Assembly (NCBI GenBank): GCA_965249555.1
Contig: OZ252243.1
Coordinates: 384,001-448,000, forward strand
From: Nitrosopumilus sp.
GTDB lineage: Archaea; Thermoproteota; Nitrososphaeria; Nitrososphaerales; Nitrosopumilaceae
Direction: 5' to 3'
Length of the DNA: 64,000 bases
The notes under the pieces were generated by a model. The model was not told the origin of the DNA, did no database searches, and saw nothing but the letters and a program-made list of their open reading frames with translations. Below are positions 1 through 8,813 of the stretch, in pieces. The stretch's first letter is position 1, and every line of letters starts with the position of its first letter. Made by a program: the position numbers and the translations under genes.

Positions 1-449
1 CAAGATGCACTTCCTCCTTTTACTTGAATCAAAAGCATATCAAACAAGTCTCCAGGTTTTAGTCCAACTTTTTTTACCGTCTTTACATGGTCTTTTCTAA
101 TTGCAAGAAGATCAACGATTCCAACTGCTTCATGTCCTTTCTTTCCTGTAAATTCAACTAGCTGCCACTTGGTCTTGCTTGTTAATTGATTTATTCTCCA
201 CTTTGTAATCTCTAATGCAGCTTTTGCTGTATTTTGGGATTTTTCAAGTATCAAATCCCGATTTACTTTTTTCGTATGTGTTTCTTTTTTAATTGATTTT
301 GTTTTTTTGGATTTTTTGGTTTGTGCTGCTTTGATTGCTGCTTGATGTCTTATTTTATCAATTCTAGTTTTTTCTTCAGCACCAGCATTTAGATAGTTTT
401 CAAGTCTTGTTTTTGCAGCTTTTTTAGCTGCAGAATTTTTCTTTTTCAT
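1..449 (-). CDS. Partial (runs off window) PD-(D/E)xK-type nuclease-like protein with Lys/Ala-rich N-terminus
   Basis: Not in ORF track. Hand translation from ATG 449: MKKKNSAAKKAAKTRLENY...GIVDLLAIRKD...LFDMLLIQVKGGSAS, a D...QxK motif; open to window edge. Confidence 0.6.
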   Translation of the reverse strand, partial: MKKKNSAAKKAAKTRLENYLNAGAEEKTRIDKIRHQAAIKAAQTKKSKKTKSIKKETHTKKVNRDLILEKSQNTAKAALEITKWRINQLTSKTKWQLVEFTGKKGHEAVGIVDLLAIRKDHVKTVKKVGLKPGDLFDMLLIQVKGGSAS

Positions 450-481
450 TTAATAGTTCTCCATTTCATACAATCAACCAT

Positions 482-922
482 TCAATCTATTTTTTGTTTT
501 TTACTCCATTTGTAAAGTGTAATATCAAGACCTTGTTGAGAATCTGTATCCACAAATTTTTTTACAAGGTGTAATTCATGAATATCTTTATCATCACGCA
601 TTAATCCAAGACCAGTTTTGTTATCAATATCTTTGTCTTGTTTTGTAAGATAGTCAGTCAAAGTATCAGATAGAATTTTTGTCATGTTATCCAAGTCTTT
701 GATATATTGTCCTTCGATCTTTGTATTTTTGTTAAGATAGTAGATTACATTTAAAGAAAAGAAAATTTTCTCACATTTTTTCTTTATTGTCTCTACATCG
801 ATTTGTTTTTTTATTTTTTCTAGAAGATCTTTTTTTCTCTCTATAGGGTTATTGTTATCTGTCAGAGGTTCAAAGTTACGTATCTGTACGTGTAAAATAC
901 GCTTTTTAAATCCAAACATCAT
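482..922 (-). CDS. Hypothetical protein
   Basis: 146-aa ORF in island context, no recognised motif. Confidence 0.5.
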   Translation of the reverse strand: MMFGFKKRILHVQIRNFEPLTDNNNPIERKKDLLEKIKKQIDVETIKKKCEKIFFSLNVIYYLNKNTKIEGQYIKDLDNMTKILSDTLTDYLTKQDKDIDNKTGLGLMRDDKDIHELHLVKKFVDTDSQQGLDITLYKWSKKQKID

Positions 923-1204
923 ACAAGATAATACAAATCATTGATTTAACCATTTTCAAAAAAAGAGGTAGCTAACTCCTGATCAGGTTCAAATCTTTAG
1001 AGATTTGAACGGGTTTAGTGATAGTTTTGAATCTATTAAGGCTTGAACCTTTCTTCGGGATAATTTATGATTCAGAAAAGATCAGGTTGTATAATTCTGA
1101 TTGTAGTGTTGAGAGTAAGAGAAAAATTTTAGAAGATATTGTTAATTTGTAGCCAGTGATTAGTGATTGGTATGATTTTTAATCTCTTATAAAAGAATGG
1201 AAAT

Positions 1205-1366
1205 ATGCAGCGGTTAGAACCCACTCTTCGTCATGAAATAAAAATTTCAAATACTGTATGTACTGCAGATTTAAAACAGAAAATCGATATTGGATCATTC
1301 GACAATTATGAATTTCTTAGTTCTAATTTAGAATTGTATAGATGTGGATATGTCAAAGATAATGGG
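1205..1366 (+). pseudogene. 5' fragment of a divergent TATA-binding-protein-like gene, fused to antisense hsdS sequence
   Basis: EIKISNTVCTADLKQKIDI resembles the TBP repeat start (I-x-N-[IV]-V-x-[ST]-A-D-L-x-x-x-x-D-L); from 1367 the sequence is the hsdS repeat. Confidence 0.5.
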
Positions 1367-2039
1367 ATCCATAAAGGGAATCAACACACCAACCTTCAGG
1401 GATTTTTTTTCTAATTTTTTCATCATAAACCATCTTTCCATCATTGGATTTGTAGGAAACCCCATCATCATCATCAGGAAATTCAAAATCAACAAACCAT
1501 AATTTGAAAATCATGTTACCAATTTGTTCAAGAATAATAGATTGTTTCTGAAAATTCTTTATTGATTTATCTAAGTTCCATAAAATATTAGAAATTTTGG
1601 ATTGTTCTCCAATTTCAGGAATTTTTTGTTTGATTGTACCTAAAAAATCCCAATCTGCTCGTGACATTTTAGTTCCAGTAGAACATACATCTGCATAATT
1701 TACAAATTCATGTGATGCCATCCAATAAAACAAAAATTTTTGATCAGTTCCAGGTTTTGCTCCAACTACAAAAATGTCAGTGGAGCAAACACCATCAAAA
1801 TCAGGACAGACTACCTTTCTAAAATAAGGCCTTAGTTTTCCAAAAAGAATATCGCCTTTGTGAAATATGAATTTGTTACTAATAGTTTCAGAACTTGTAC
1901 CAATACCAAGAAGATTCAATCTATCTTGTGCAATATACTCCAATCCCACATATGGTAAATTTTCTGTTTTATTTGGTTTGTAAGTATTTTTTTGTAATTG
2001 TGCACATTCATTAAACTGTTTTAATTTCCAGTTAGTCAT
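1353..2039 (-). CDS. hsdS: Half-length type I R-M specificity subunit (single TRD + conserved region)
   Basis: TRD motifs (YVGLEYI, KGDILFGKLRPYFRK, GVCSTDIFV, STGTKMSR), then EQSKISNIL...WFVDFEFP...IPEGW; ATGA overlap with hsdR stop. Confidence 0.85.
   Translation of the reverse strand: MTNWKLKQFNECAQLQKNTYKPNKTENLPYVGLEYIAQDRLNLLGIGTSSETISNKFIFHKGDILFGKLRPYFRKVVCPDFDGVCSTDIFVVGAKPGTDQKFLFYWMASHEFVNYADVCSTGTKMSRADWDFLGTIKQKIPEIGEQSKISNILWNLDKSIKNFQKQSIILEQIGNMIFKLWFVDFEFPDDDDGVSYKSNDGKMVYDEKIRKKIPEGWCVDSLYGSHYL
1367..1500. repeat. Direct repeat copy 1 of hsdS central conserved region (134 bp)
   Basis: Matches 5673-5803 except one substitution and one extra TCA triplet (DDDD vs DDD). Confidence 0.95.
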
Positions 2040-5000
2040 ATATCATCACTATAATTACTTACAACCTGACTCATAATAATCGGAACGAATTTTTCAAAAG
2101 ATTCTACAGGAAAATCATATTCGATTAAAATTTTCTTTATACCTGAACGAATCTTTGCTTTGATACTTTCTTGATTAAGCCAATCAACACCAGTATTTTC
2201 TTTCATAAATTCAGTTAGTCTTGTTGCAATTTCTACTAGAGTTTGATCAGATTTTGTGTATTCCTTTCCAGCTGCAATAGCATCATAGAATGTGACTTCT
2301 TGCTCTGTCAATCCAAGTTCTTCTTCACGTTTTTTCTTTGCTGTTACATCATTTGCAACTTCTTCCATTCTACCCCAAACAGTTTCAAAATCTTCAAAAC
2401 GTCCATGATAATTTGATAGTGCTTTTTCTAATCGTTCTCTAAAGGATTTTTGTGCAACCTTATTTCGTTTGAATTTGATTGTAATTGCATCATCAAGTAA
2501 TTTGTGAGCAAGTTCAACTTTGAGGTTTTTCTGTTTTATTTGTCCAATTTTATTAAGATATTCTTCATTTAATTGGAATTTTTCAGGATCATATTCTATA
2601 GAATATTTTTTAAATGCATTTGCAGCCTTTAGATCTTTTTCAATCAATTTTCCAACTGCAGCATCTTTTTCAGGTGGGATATATGGGGTATTTGAGGAAT
2701 TTTTACCAATATAACTTCGGATTGTTTGGAAGAATATCATATCATCGTATACATCCTGACATGCAGGATCAGGAGTACACACATTGTATGCTTTAGTTAA
2801 CTCTGCAACATTTTTAAAATATTCAAGTTTTAATTTTTCACTTTCTTGTATTTCATTTACCAAATTCAAAAACAACTCATCGTATTGCTCAGATGATAAA
2901 CTATCACGATTCTCAATTGGAATCTCAAAGAAGCTCAGTAATTCTGCATGTTTATTTTTCATATATAGAAGAATTTCAGAAGTTGGCTTGAGTGTACCTT
3001 TGTAATCATTTTCATTAAACGATTTAAAAGACTTTTTTAAATCATCTGCAATTCCAATGTAATCAATTACAAGACCAGCAGTCTTTTGTGGTTTCCATTT
3101 TCTATTTACACGAGATGTTGCCTGGAATAAATTATGATCACGTAATGGTTTATCTATATACAAAGTATGCAAAAGTGGAGCGTCAAATCCTGTTAGATAC
3201 ATGTCACACACAATTAGTAATTCAACATCATTATCTTCATCTTTGAAATCTTCAATGAGATCTTTGATCTGTTTTTTTTTTCTGTAATGTTGTTTTAGAT
3301 ATTTTTCTTTTTCTTCTTGTTCTCGTGTGAGATCTTTAGTTTTTGCTGCACTTGAAATTACACAAATACATTTTGGAGGATTTGGTTGAGATGTTATATA
3401 TTCATAATATTTTGCAGCAGCCTTTTTGGTTGTAGCACATAACATCGCTTTTCCTTTTGGAATGACTGCTTTCTTTGAATTAAAATGAAATACAATATCT
3501 TCTGCAATTTCTTCCATTCTTTCTTTTCTTTCAACCAATGTCACCAGATCAGTCCATTTTTTAGATAATTCCCGACTTTGTTCTTCATTTAGACTTTGAG
3601 TAATCTCATCAAAGTCTTTTCCGATGAATTCATTGAGAATATGTTGTGGTAACAATCGTCCTTCATAATTTATCTCAACGGTAGTTCCATCTCTCACTGA
3701 TTCTCTTTGAGTGTAAATTGCAATAGGATCACCGAAGACATCGGTAGTTGAACGATCTTCAGCCTCAATTGGAGTTGCTGTAAAGCCTACTTTAAGAGCA
3801 TTAGGTAAAGCACGCCCAAGATTTTGAGCCATCTTTCCATACTCAGAACGATGTGCTTCATCGGCAATAATGATAATATTTTTCCGTGTGGATAATTCAG
3901 GATACTTTACTTTACCTTCTTTTTCTTTTTTTGTTACTTGGAATTTCTGAATTGTTGCAAAAATAATATTTCCTGCAGGAATTTGTAATTTTTTTCTTAA
4001 ATCTTCAATATCTTCTGCTTCTTGTAACATTGTTTCAGGTTTTCGAAAAGGAAAACCTGCAACTTCAAAGAAATCAGCAATTTGATTATCTAAATCATTT
4101 CTATCAGTAAGTACTACAAATGTAGGGTTATCTAACGATTCTACTTTTGATAACATCTCTGTAAAAAATATCATAGACATTGATTTACCAGAACCAGTAC
4201 TGTGAAAAACTATACCTAATTTATTTTTATTAGGATCATTGTAAACATCTATAGTTTTTGCCACAAGTTCATTAATAGTTTTAATTTGATGTTTTCTTCC
4301 AATTTTTTTAATAATTTGTTTACCATCATCTTCGTATTCTATAAAATGCTCTAGAATATTTAGTAGATTTTCTTTTGGAAATACTTGTTCTATTAAATAA
4401 TCTAGTCTATATCCCTCTATAATATCTTCGTCATCATATTCTTCTCCAAGATCATTTTTTTCGTACCATGTAAAGAAAAATTCAGGTGGAGATTCAAATG
4501 TGCCATATTTTGCATGTTTTCTATCACTAATTACATTAAACGCATTATAATGAAATAATTTTGGAATATATTTTTGATAATCTGTTTTTCCAAGCTGATC
4601 ATATGCTTTTTGAATTGTTGCAGATCTATCAGTTGGATTTTTGTATTCTAATATCACAATTGGAATTCCATTTAGAAATATCACATGATCTGCTCGTCTT
4701 GTTTCAAATTGTTTTACTGTAAATTGTCGCATTGCAAGAAAATTGTTTTTTAATGGCTTAGTCCAATTTACAAAATCAATATGTTCTGTTTGGGTTTTTC
4801 CATGTTGATCAGGAATTTTGACATTAACCCCATTAAGTAATAAATCGTGGAATTTTTGATTACTTACCATCATGTCATTTGATGAAATTGAATATAGTGA
4901 GCCTATTGCTGTATTATAGGCATCATTTGGCAGTCCAGGATTGATGATTTTGAGATTTTCTAGCAGTCTTTTCTCTAAAATCACTTCAGTTAGTGCCTGT

Positions 5001-5122
5001 CTTTCAGGATTTTGTGTTCCTGGATGATAATCTGGGCCCCAAAGAGTATCATATCCTAATTTATCAAATAGATTATGAGCAGATTTTTCTACCCAATTTT
5101 CATCTAATTTTTTAATTGCCAA
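2036..5122 (-). CDS. hsdR: Type I restriction endonuclease subunit R
   Basis: RADHVIFLNGIPIVILEYKN nuclease motif, HSTGSGKS, DEAH, FTATP, LTGFDAP, SRVNR; likely start TTG 5122 after AGGT (ORF track extends to 5188). Confidence 0.95.
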   Translation of the reverse strand: MAIKKLDENWVEKSAHNLFDKLGYDTLWGPDYHPGTQNPERQALTEVILEKRLLENLKIINPGLPNDAYNTAIGSLYSISSNDMMVSNQKFHDLLLNGVNVKIPDQHGKTQTEHIDFVNWTKPLKNNFLAMRQFTVKQFETRRADHVIFLNGIPIVILEYKNPTDRSATIQKAYDQLGKTDYQKYIPKLFHYNAFNVISDRKHAKYGTFESPPEFFFTWYEKNDLGEEYDDEDIIEGYRLDYLIEQVFPKENLLNILEHFIEYEDDGKQIIKKIGRKHQIKTINELVAKTIDVYNDPNKNKLGIVFHSTGSGKSMSMIFFTEMLSKVESLDNPTFVVLTDRNDLDNQIADFFEVAGFPFRKPETMLQEAEDIEDLRKKLQIPAGNIIFATIQKFQVTKKEKEGKVKYPELSTRKNIIIIADEAHRSEYGKMAQNLGRALPNALKVGFTATPIEAEDRSTTDVFGDPIAIYTQRESVRDGTTVEINYEGRLLPQHILNEFIGKDFDEITQSLNEEQSRELSKKWTDLVTLVERKERMEEIAEDIVFHFNSKKAVIPKGKAMLCATTKKAAAKYYEYITSQPNPPKCICVISSAAKTKDLTREQEEKEKYLKQHYRKKKQIKDLIEDFKDEDNDVELLIVCDMYLTGFDAPLLHTLYIDKPLRDHNLFQATSRVNRKWKPQKTAGLVIDYIGIADDLKKSFKSFNENDYKGTLKPTSEILLYMKNKHAELLSFFEIPIENRDSLSSEQYDELFLNLVNEIQESEKLKLEYFKNVAELTKAYNVCTPDPACQDVYDDMIFFQTIRSYIGKNSSNTPYIPPEKDAAVGKLIEKDLKAANAFKKYSIEYDPEKFQLNEEYLNKIGQIKQKNLKVELAHKLLDDAITIKFKRNKVAQKSFRERLEKALSNYHGRFEDFETVWGRMEEVANDVTAKKKREEELGLTEQEVTFYDAIAAGKEYTKSDQTLVEIATRLTEFMKENTGVDWLNQESIKAKIRSGIKKILIEYDFPVESFEKFVPIIMSQVVSNYSDDI

Positions 5123-6387
5123 ACCTGAATTTTTCCTGAAATTAATTTTGGTAAAAGAGTTTCTCGTAAATAAATCAGATTTGTACATGCAAGATCATTA
5201 CATTGAATTTTGTTAAAAATTGAAAAAGATAAGCTTTGAAATTTATTCAAAATTTGTTTAGATGGAAGAGCTATCATAAATTTTTCCATATCTTTTTTTG
5301 TGATATGACCAAGACCAGTAGTCTGTTTATTACGAGCAATCTCAATCAAAGCAGTTTTCAGATATTTTAATAAGAAAAATATGAAAGGTTTTTGAAATTT
5401 ATTTTGAAAATTGATTTTGAAAATATGTTGGTTAAGAATAGCAGATCCACCAGTCCAAATAAAAACATCGATTGATGAATCTGGACTTCCAGACCATGAA
5501 AACAAAATATCTCCAGTATAAAGTTTGTATTTAGGATCAACATCTTTGGTTGTAAATTTAGTTTCTGGTAGAACGCCATACTTTAATTCAACTATTTTTA
5601 TTATTGGTAATCCTGTTCGATCATCTGAAAAATCAGACATTGTGAATGCACTTCCATTTACATAATTTGCACATCCATAAAGGGAATCAACACACCAACC
5701 TTCAGGGATTTCTTTTCTAATTTTTTCATCATAAACCATCTTTCCATCATTGGATTTGTAGGAAACCCCATCATCATCAGGAAATTCAAAATCAACAAAC
5801 CATGATTTAAAGATGGAATGAATTATTTTTTCAAGATAAAAATTTTGTTTTAGAAAATTTTGAATTAAATTGTCCAAAGATAACAAAATATTTGATATTT
5901 TAATTTGTTCTTTGATGTCTTCTGGGAATGAAATTGGTAATTTTTTCAAAGTAGTTTTTGTAAGTTCCAAAAATGTAGTACCGTTTGAGTTTTGTTCAAG
6001 AAATGATTTATTATTTTTCAACCAATAAAATAAAAAATAATTATGAATTTGTTTTGAGCAATGTAATACAATAAATCCTTGATTAACAGCCATAGGTACA
6101 CTATTGATAACTACTTTACCCACAGGAGCTCTACTAGTTAGTAAAACGCATCCTGCTTCATTTATTCTTCTGGGTCCATTTTCTAGACCAATTTTTGTAA
6201 TCATTTTTTCAGTGTTTTCAATATGAACCGAATTCAGATTTGTTACTTGTTTAGGAGTTAACCAGAGAATTTTACCATTCCAAAAATCTGGATTTTTTGT
6301 ACTAGGTGTACTACCGCCACTAACTTCAACTATTTCTTCAAAAATACGAGTTTTCCATTTAGATTTTAATTCTAATTTAGATTTCAA
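5104..6387 (-). CDS. hsdS: Type I R-M specificity subunit (two TRDs)
   Basis: GGSTPST, SRAPVG, NQGF, central WFVDFEFP...IPEGW, second TRD, C-terminal LRETLLPKLISGKI. Confidence 0.95.
   Translation of the reverse strand: MKSKLELKSKWKTRIFEEIVEVSGGSTPSTKNPDFWNGKILWLTPKQVTNLNSVHIENTEKMITKIGLENGPRRINEAGCVLLTSRAPVGKVVINSVPMAVNQGFIVLHCSKQIHNYFLFYWLKNNKSFLEQNSNGTTFLELTKTTLKKLPISFPEDIKEQIKISNILLSLDNLIQNFLKQNFYLEKIIHSIFKSWFVDFEFPDDDGVSYKSNDGKMVYDEKIRKEIPEGWCVDSLYGCANYVNGSAFTMSDFSDDRTGLPIIKIVELKYGVLPETKFTTKDVDPKYKLYTGDILFSWSGSPDSSIDVFIWTGGSAILNQHIFKINFQNKFQKPFIFFLLKYLKTALIEIARNKQTTGLGHITKKDMEKFMIALPSKQILNKFQSLSFSIFNKIQCNDLACTNLIYLRETLLPKLISGKIQVWQLKN
5673..5803. repeat. Direct repeat copy 2 of hsdS central conserved region (131 bp)
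   Basis: Near-identical to 1367-1500, same orientation. Confidence 0.95.
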
Positions 6388-7984
6388 ATCCTAATTCCTT
6401 CAAATTAGCTTGAACTTGTTTATCAAGTGTTTTAGATTCTTCAGAAAGTTTTGTATATTCTTTTACATGTCGTTTCATTTTATCCTCAAATGGTTCATCA
6501 TCTTCTTCAAGATCTTTTGCCCCAACAAAACTACCAGGAGTTAATACATTGCCTTTGTCTACGATTTCTTCTTTTGTTGCTTTTTTGCAATATCCAGGAA
6601 CATCTTTGTATTTTGGATATCCTTTTTCACCTACAAATGACAAATAAGTTCCTGCAATCTTTTCTAATTGTTCTTTAGAAAATTCATTTTGAACCCTATT
6701 AATTGGAGTGAAAATCTTTCTAGCATCAATGAATAAAGTTTCACCAGATCTTTTTCTATAGTGTCCATTATCTTTGTTTTTTGTAAAAAACCAGAGACAG
6801 GCAGGAATTGGAGTAGTAGAAAATAATCCTTCAGGTAAAGCAATCATACAATCTACTAAATCAGCGGCAACAATTTTTTTCCTAATTTCTGCTTCAACAC
6901 CTGAAACATTCATCGAGCCATTTGCTAAAACTAGACCCATTCTGCCATTTTTATCATCTAAATGATGCAACATGTGTTGCATGAATGCATAGTTTGCATT
7001 GGTATCTTTTGGAGTACCATAATCCCATCTTTTATCAGCAGATAATTGAGTATAGCCCCATTCTTTGACATTAAAAGGTGGATTTGCTAAAATGAAATTT
7101 GCTTTTTTATCATCTGGAAATTTGTCATGTTTGAGTGAATCTCCAAGATAGATATTGGATATATCAATCCCACGTAATGCAAGATTCATCTTGCAGATAC
7201 GCCAAATTCCATCAATTACTTCTTGACCATAAATTGAGAGATCGGATTTTTTTCCGTTATGAGCATTCAAAAATTTATGAGATTGAACAAACATACCACC
7301 TGAACCACATGCAGGATCAAAAACTATACCTTTGAAAGGCTCTAAGATTTCAACCATTAATCGTACTACTGAACGAGGAGTATAGAATTGTCCTCCACGT
7401 CTTCCCTCACTCATTGCAAATTTCTTGATAAAAAATTCGTATGCTCTACCAAATGTATCGGTATCTAGCGCTTCTTTTGTTCCAAATCCAATTTTTGAAA
7501 ATTCATTAATTAATGCAGTAAGATTTTCGTTTGCAATTTTAGAGTCTGCAAAAACTTGAGGTGTAACATCAGATAATACTGGATTGCTTCGCTCTATTTT
7601 CCGGAGAATCTGATCAATTTTTAATCCAAGATTTCTTTGAGTTGCAGTCCTCATTAAATCAGACCATCTACAACCTTTTTCTAAAAATGGAATATTTTTT
7701 TGTAAATACTCATCTTTATCTTCAACAAAAATTTCTCGTTCTTTATCTGATTTTGCAGATTTTTCAATCTCTTTTTTTCTCTCTTCAAATCTGTCTGAGA
7801 TAAATTTCAAAAACATCAAACCTAGTGCGATATATTTGTAGTTTGAAACTTCAACTGTTCCTCTTAATTGTTCAGCTGTTTCCCATAATGATTCTTCAAG
7901 AGATTTTGGTATTTTTTCTTTTTTTGATTTTGTTGATTTCTTTTTTGATTTAGCTTTAGTTGATTTCTTTTTTGATTTTGCCAT
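6377..7984 (-). CDS. hsdM: Type I R-M N6-adenine methyltransferase subunit M
   Basis: LWETAEQLRG N-terminus, GQFYTPRSV, FDPACGSGG (SAM binding), ANPPFN (catalytic). Confidence 0.96.
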   Translation of the reverse strand: MAKSKKKSTKAKSKKKSTKSKKEKIPKSLEESLWETAEQLRGTVEVSNYKYIALGLMFLKFISDRFEERKKEIEKSAKSDKEREIFVEDKDEYLQKNIPFLEKGCRWSDLMRTATQRNLGLKIDQILRKIERSNPVLSDVTPQVFADSKIANENLTALINEFSKIGFGTKEALDTDTFGRAYEFFIKKFAMSEGRRGGQFYTPRSVVRLMVEILEPFKGIVFDPACGSGGMFVQSHKFLNAHNGKKSDLSIYGQEVIDGIWRICKMNLALRGIDISNIYLGDSLKHDKFPDDKKANFILANPPFNVKEWGYTQLSADKRWDYGTPKDTNANYAFMQHMLHHLDDKNGRMGLVLANGSMNVSGVEAEIRKKIVAADLVDCMIALPEGLFSTTPIPACLWFFTKNKDNGHYRKRSGETLFIDARKIFTPINRVQNEFSKEQLEKIAGTYLSFVGEKGYPKYKDVPGYCKKATKEEIVDKGNVLTPGSFVGAKDLEEDDEPFEDKMKRHVKEYTKLSEESKTLDKQVQANLKELGFEI

Positions 7985-8063
7985 AATTTTTCACCTAAAT
8001 TCTAAAATTCTCCTCATTCATAACATCTCAAATTCATTTAAAAACATGATCGGGTTCTTAACA

Positions 8064-8728
8064 TTACACATTTTCAGTATTCCCTGAGATTTTCACTAGT
8101 AGATATCGTAATTTTCCTCTATTGAATGAACCAATCTGTGAGTAATCTGCCCAGTTTAGGTAATAAGTTCCAGAAATATTCAGTGTTTTTTCTCTGCCTG
8201 CAGTAATTCCAGCAGATGCTTTCTCTGACCACTCTAAAGTACCATGAATGATTTTTCCATCAAATATTCTAAAATCAGCATCCACAGTATCATTACTTTG
8301 AGGAACATTCCAATAACTGGAATCATTAGTTAGAATTATTGCAAACCAATAGTCTTTTCATGCTTTGATACAATTTTTTCTAATCGCTCAATATCTTTGA
8401 GATAGTCATATCTACCTAAATCCTGAGCGCACTGATCCATCAATTTGAATTTTTCATCATGTATTGATTCTTCTAGTTTTCTTGTTTTGTATTTGAGTTC
8501 AATTGCATAATTATTTCCAAAATTATCTTTAATCCATAAATCAACAAACATTCTCTTTGAAATGTTTGCAGGTTTGTATTCAAAACGAATATCAAGTTGT
8601 GGATGATCTTTTTGAATTTGCCAAGCTAGTGCATGCTGAAAATCAGCTTCAATGTGAAAGACAGGTCTGCTTTTGGCTAGTTTTGTTATAGATGAAAAAA
8701 TAATATCTTGAAATTCCATACTCATCAT
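8064..8728 (-). pseudogene. PD-(D/E)xK nuclease split by a 1-nt frameshift near 8343-8345
   Basis: 5' ORF has EADFQHAL...VDLW...AIELKYKT; adding one T to GGTTTGCA restores TIGFAIILTNDSSYWN...TVDADFR, continuous with ORF 8064-8285. Confidence 0.75.
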
Positions 8729-8813
8729 CTTTTGTTTAGTCCCTGTTCTAATCGTAATAGCATATTTTTGATGTCTCGCAATTCACCTAGAATATCATTG
8801 TGTATTGCACTCA

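Noticed and set aside
981-1010. tRNA from GGTTCAAATC T-loop-like motif
   Set aside because: No acceptor, D or anticodon stems can be formed.
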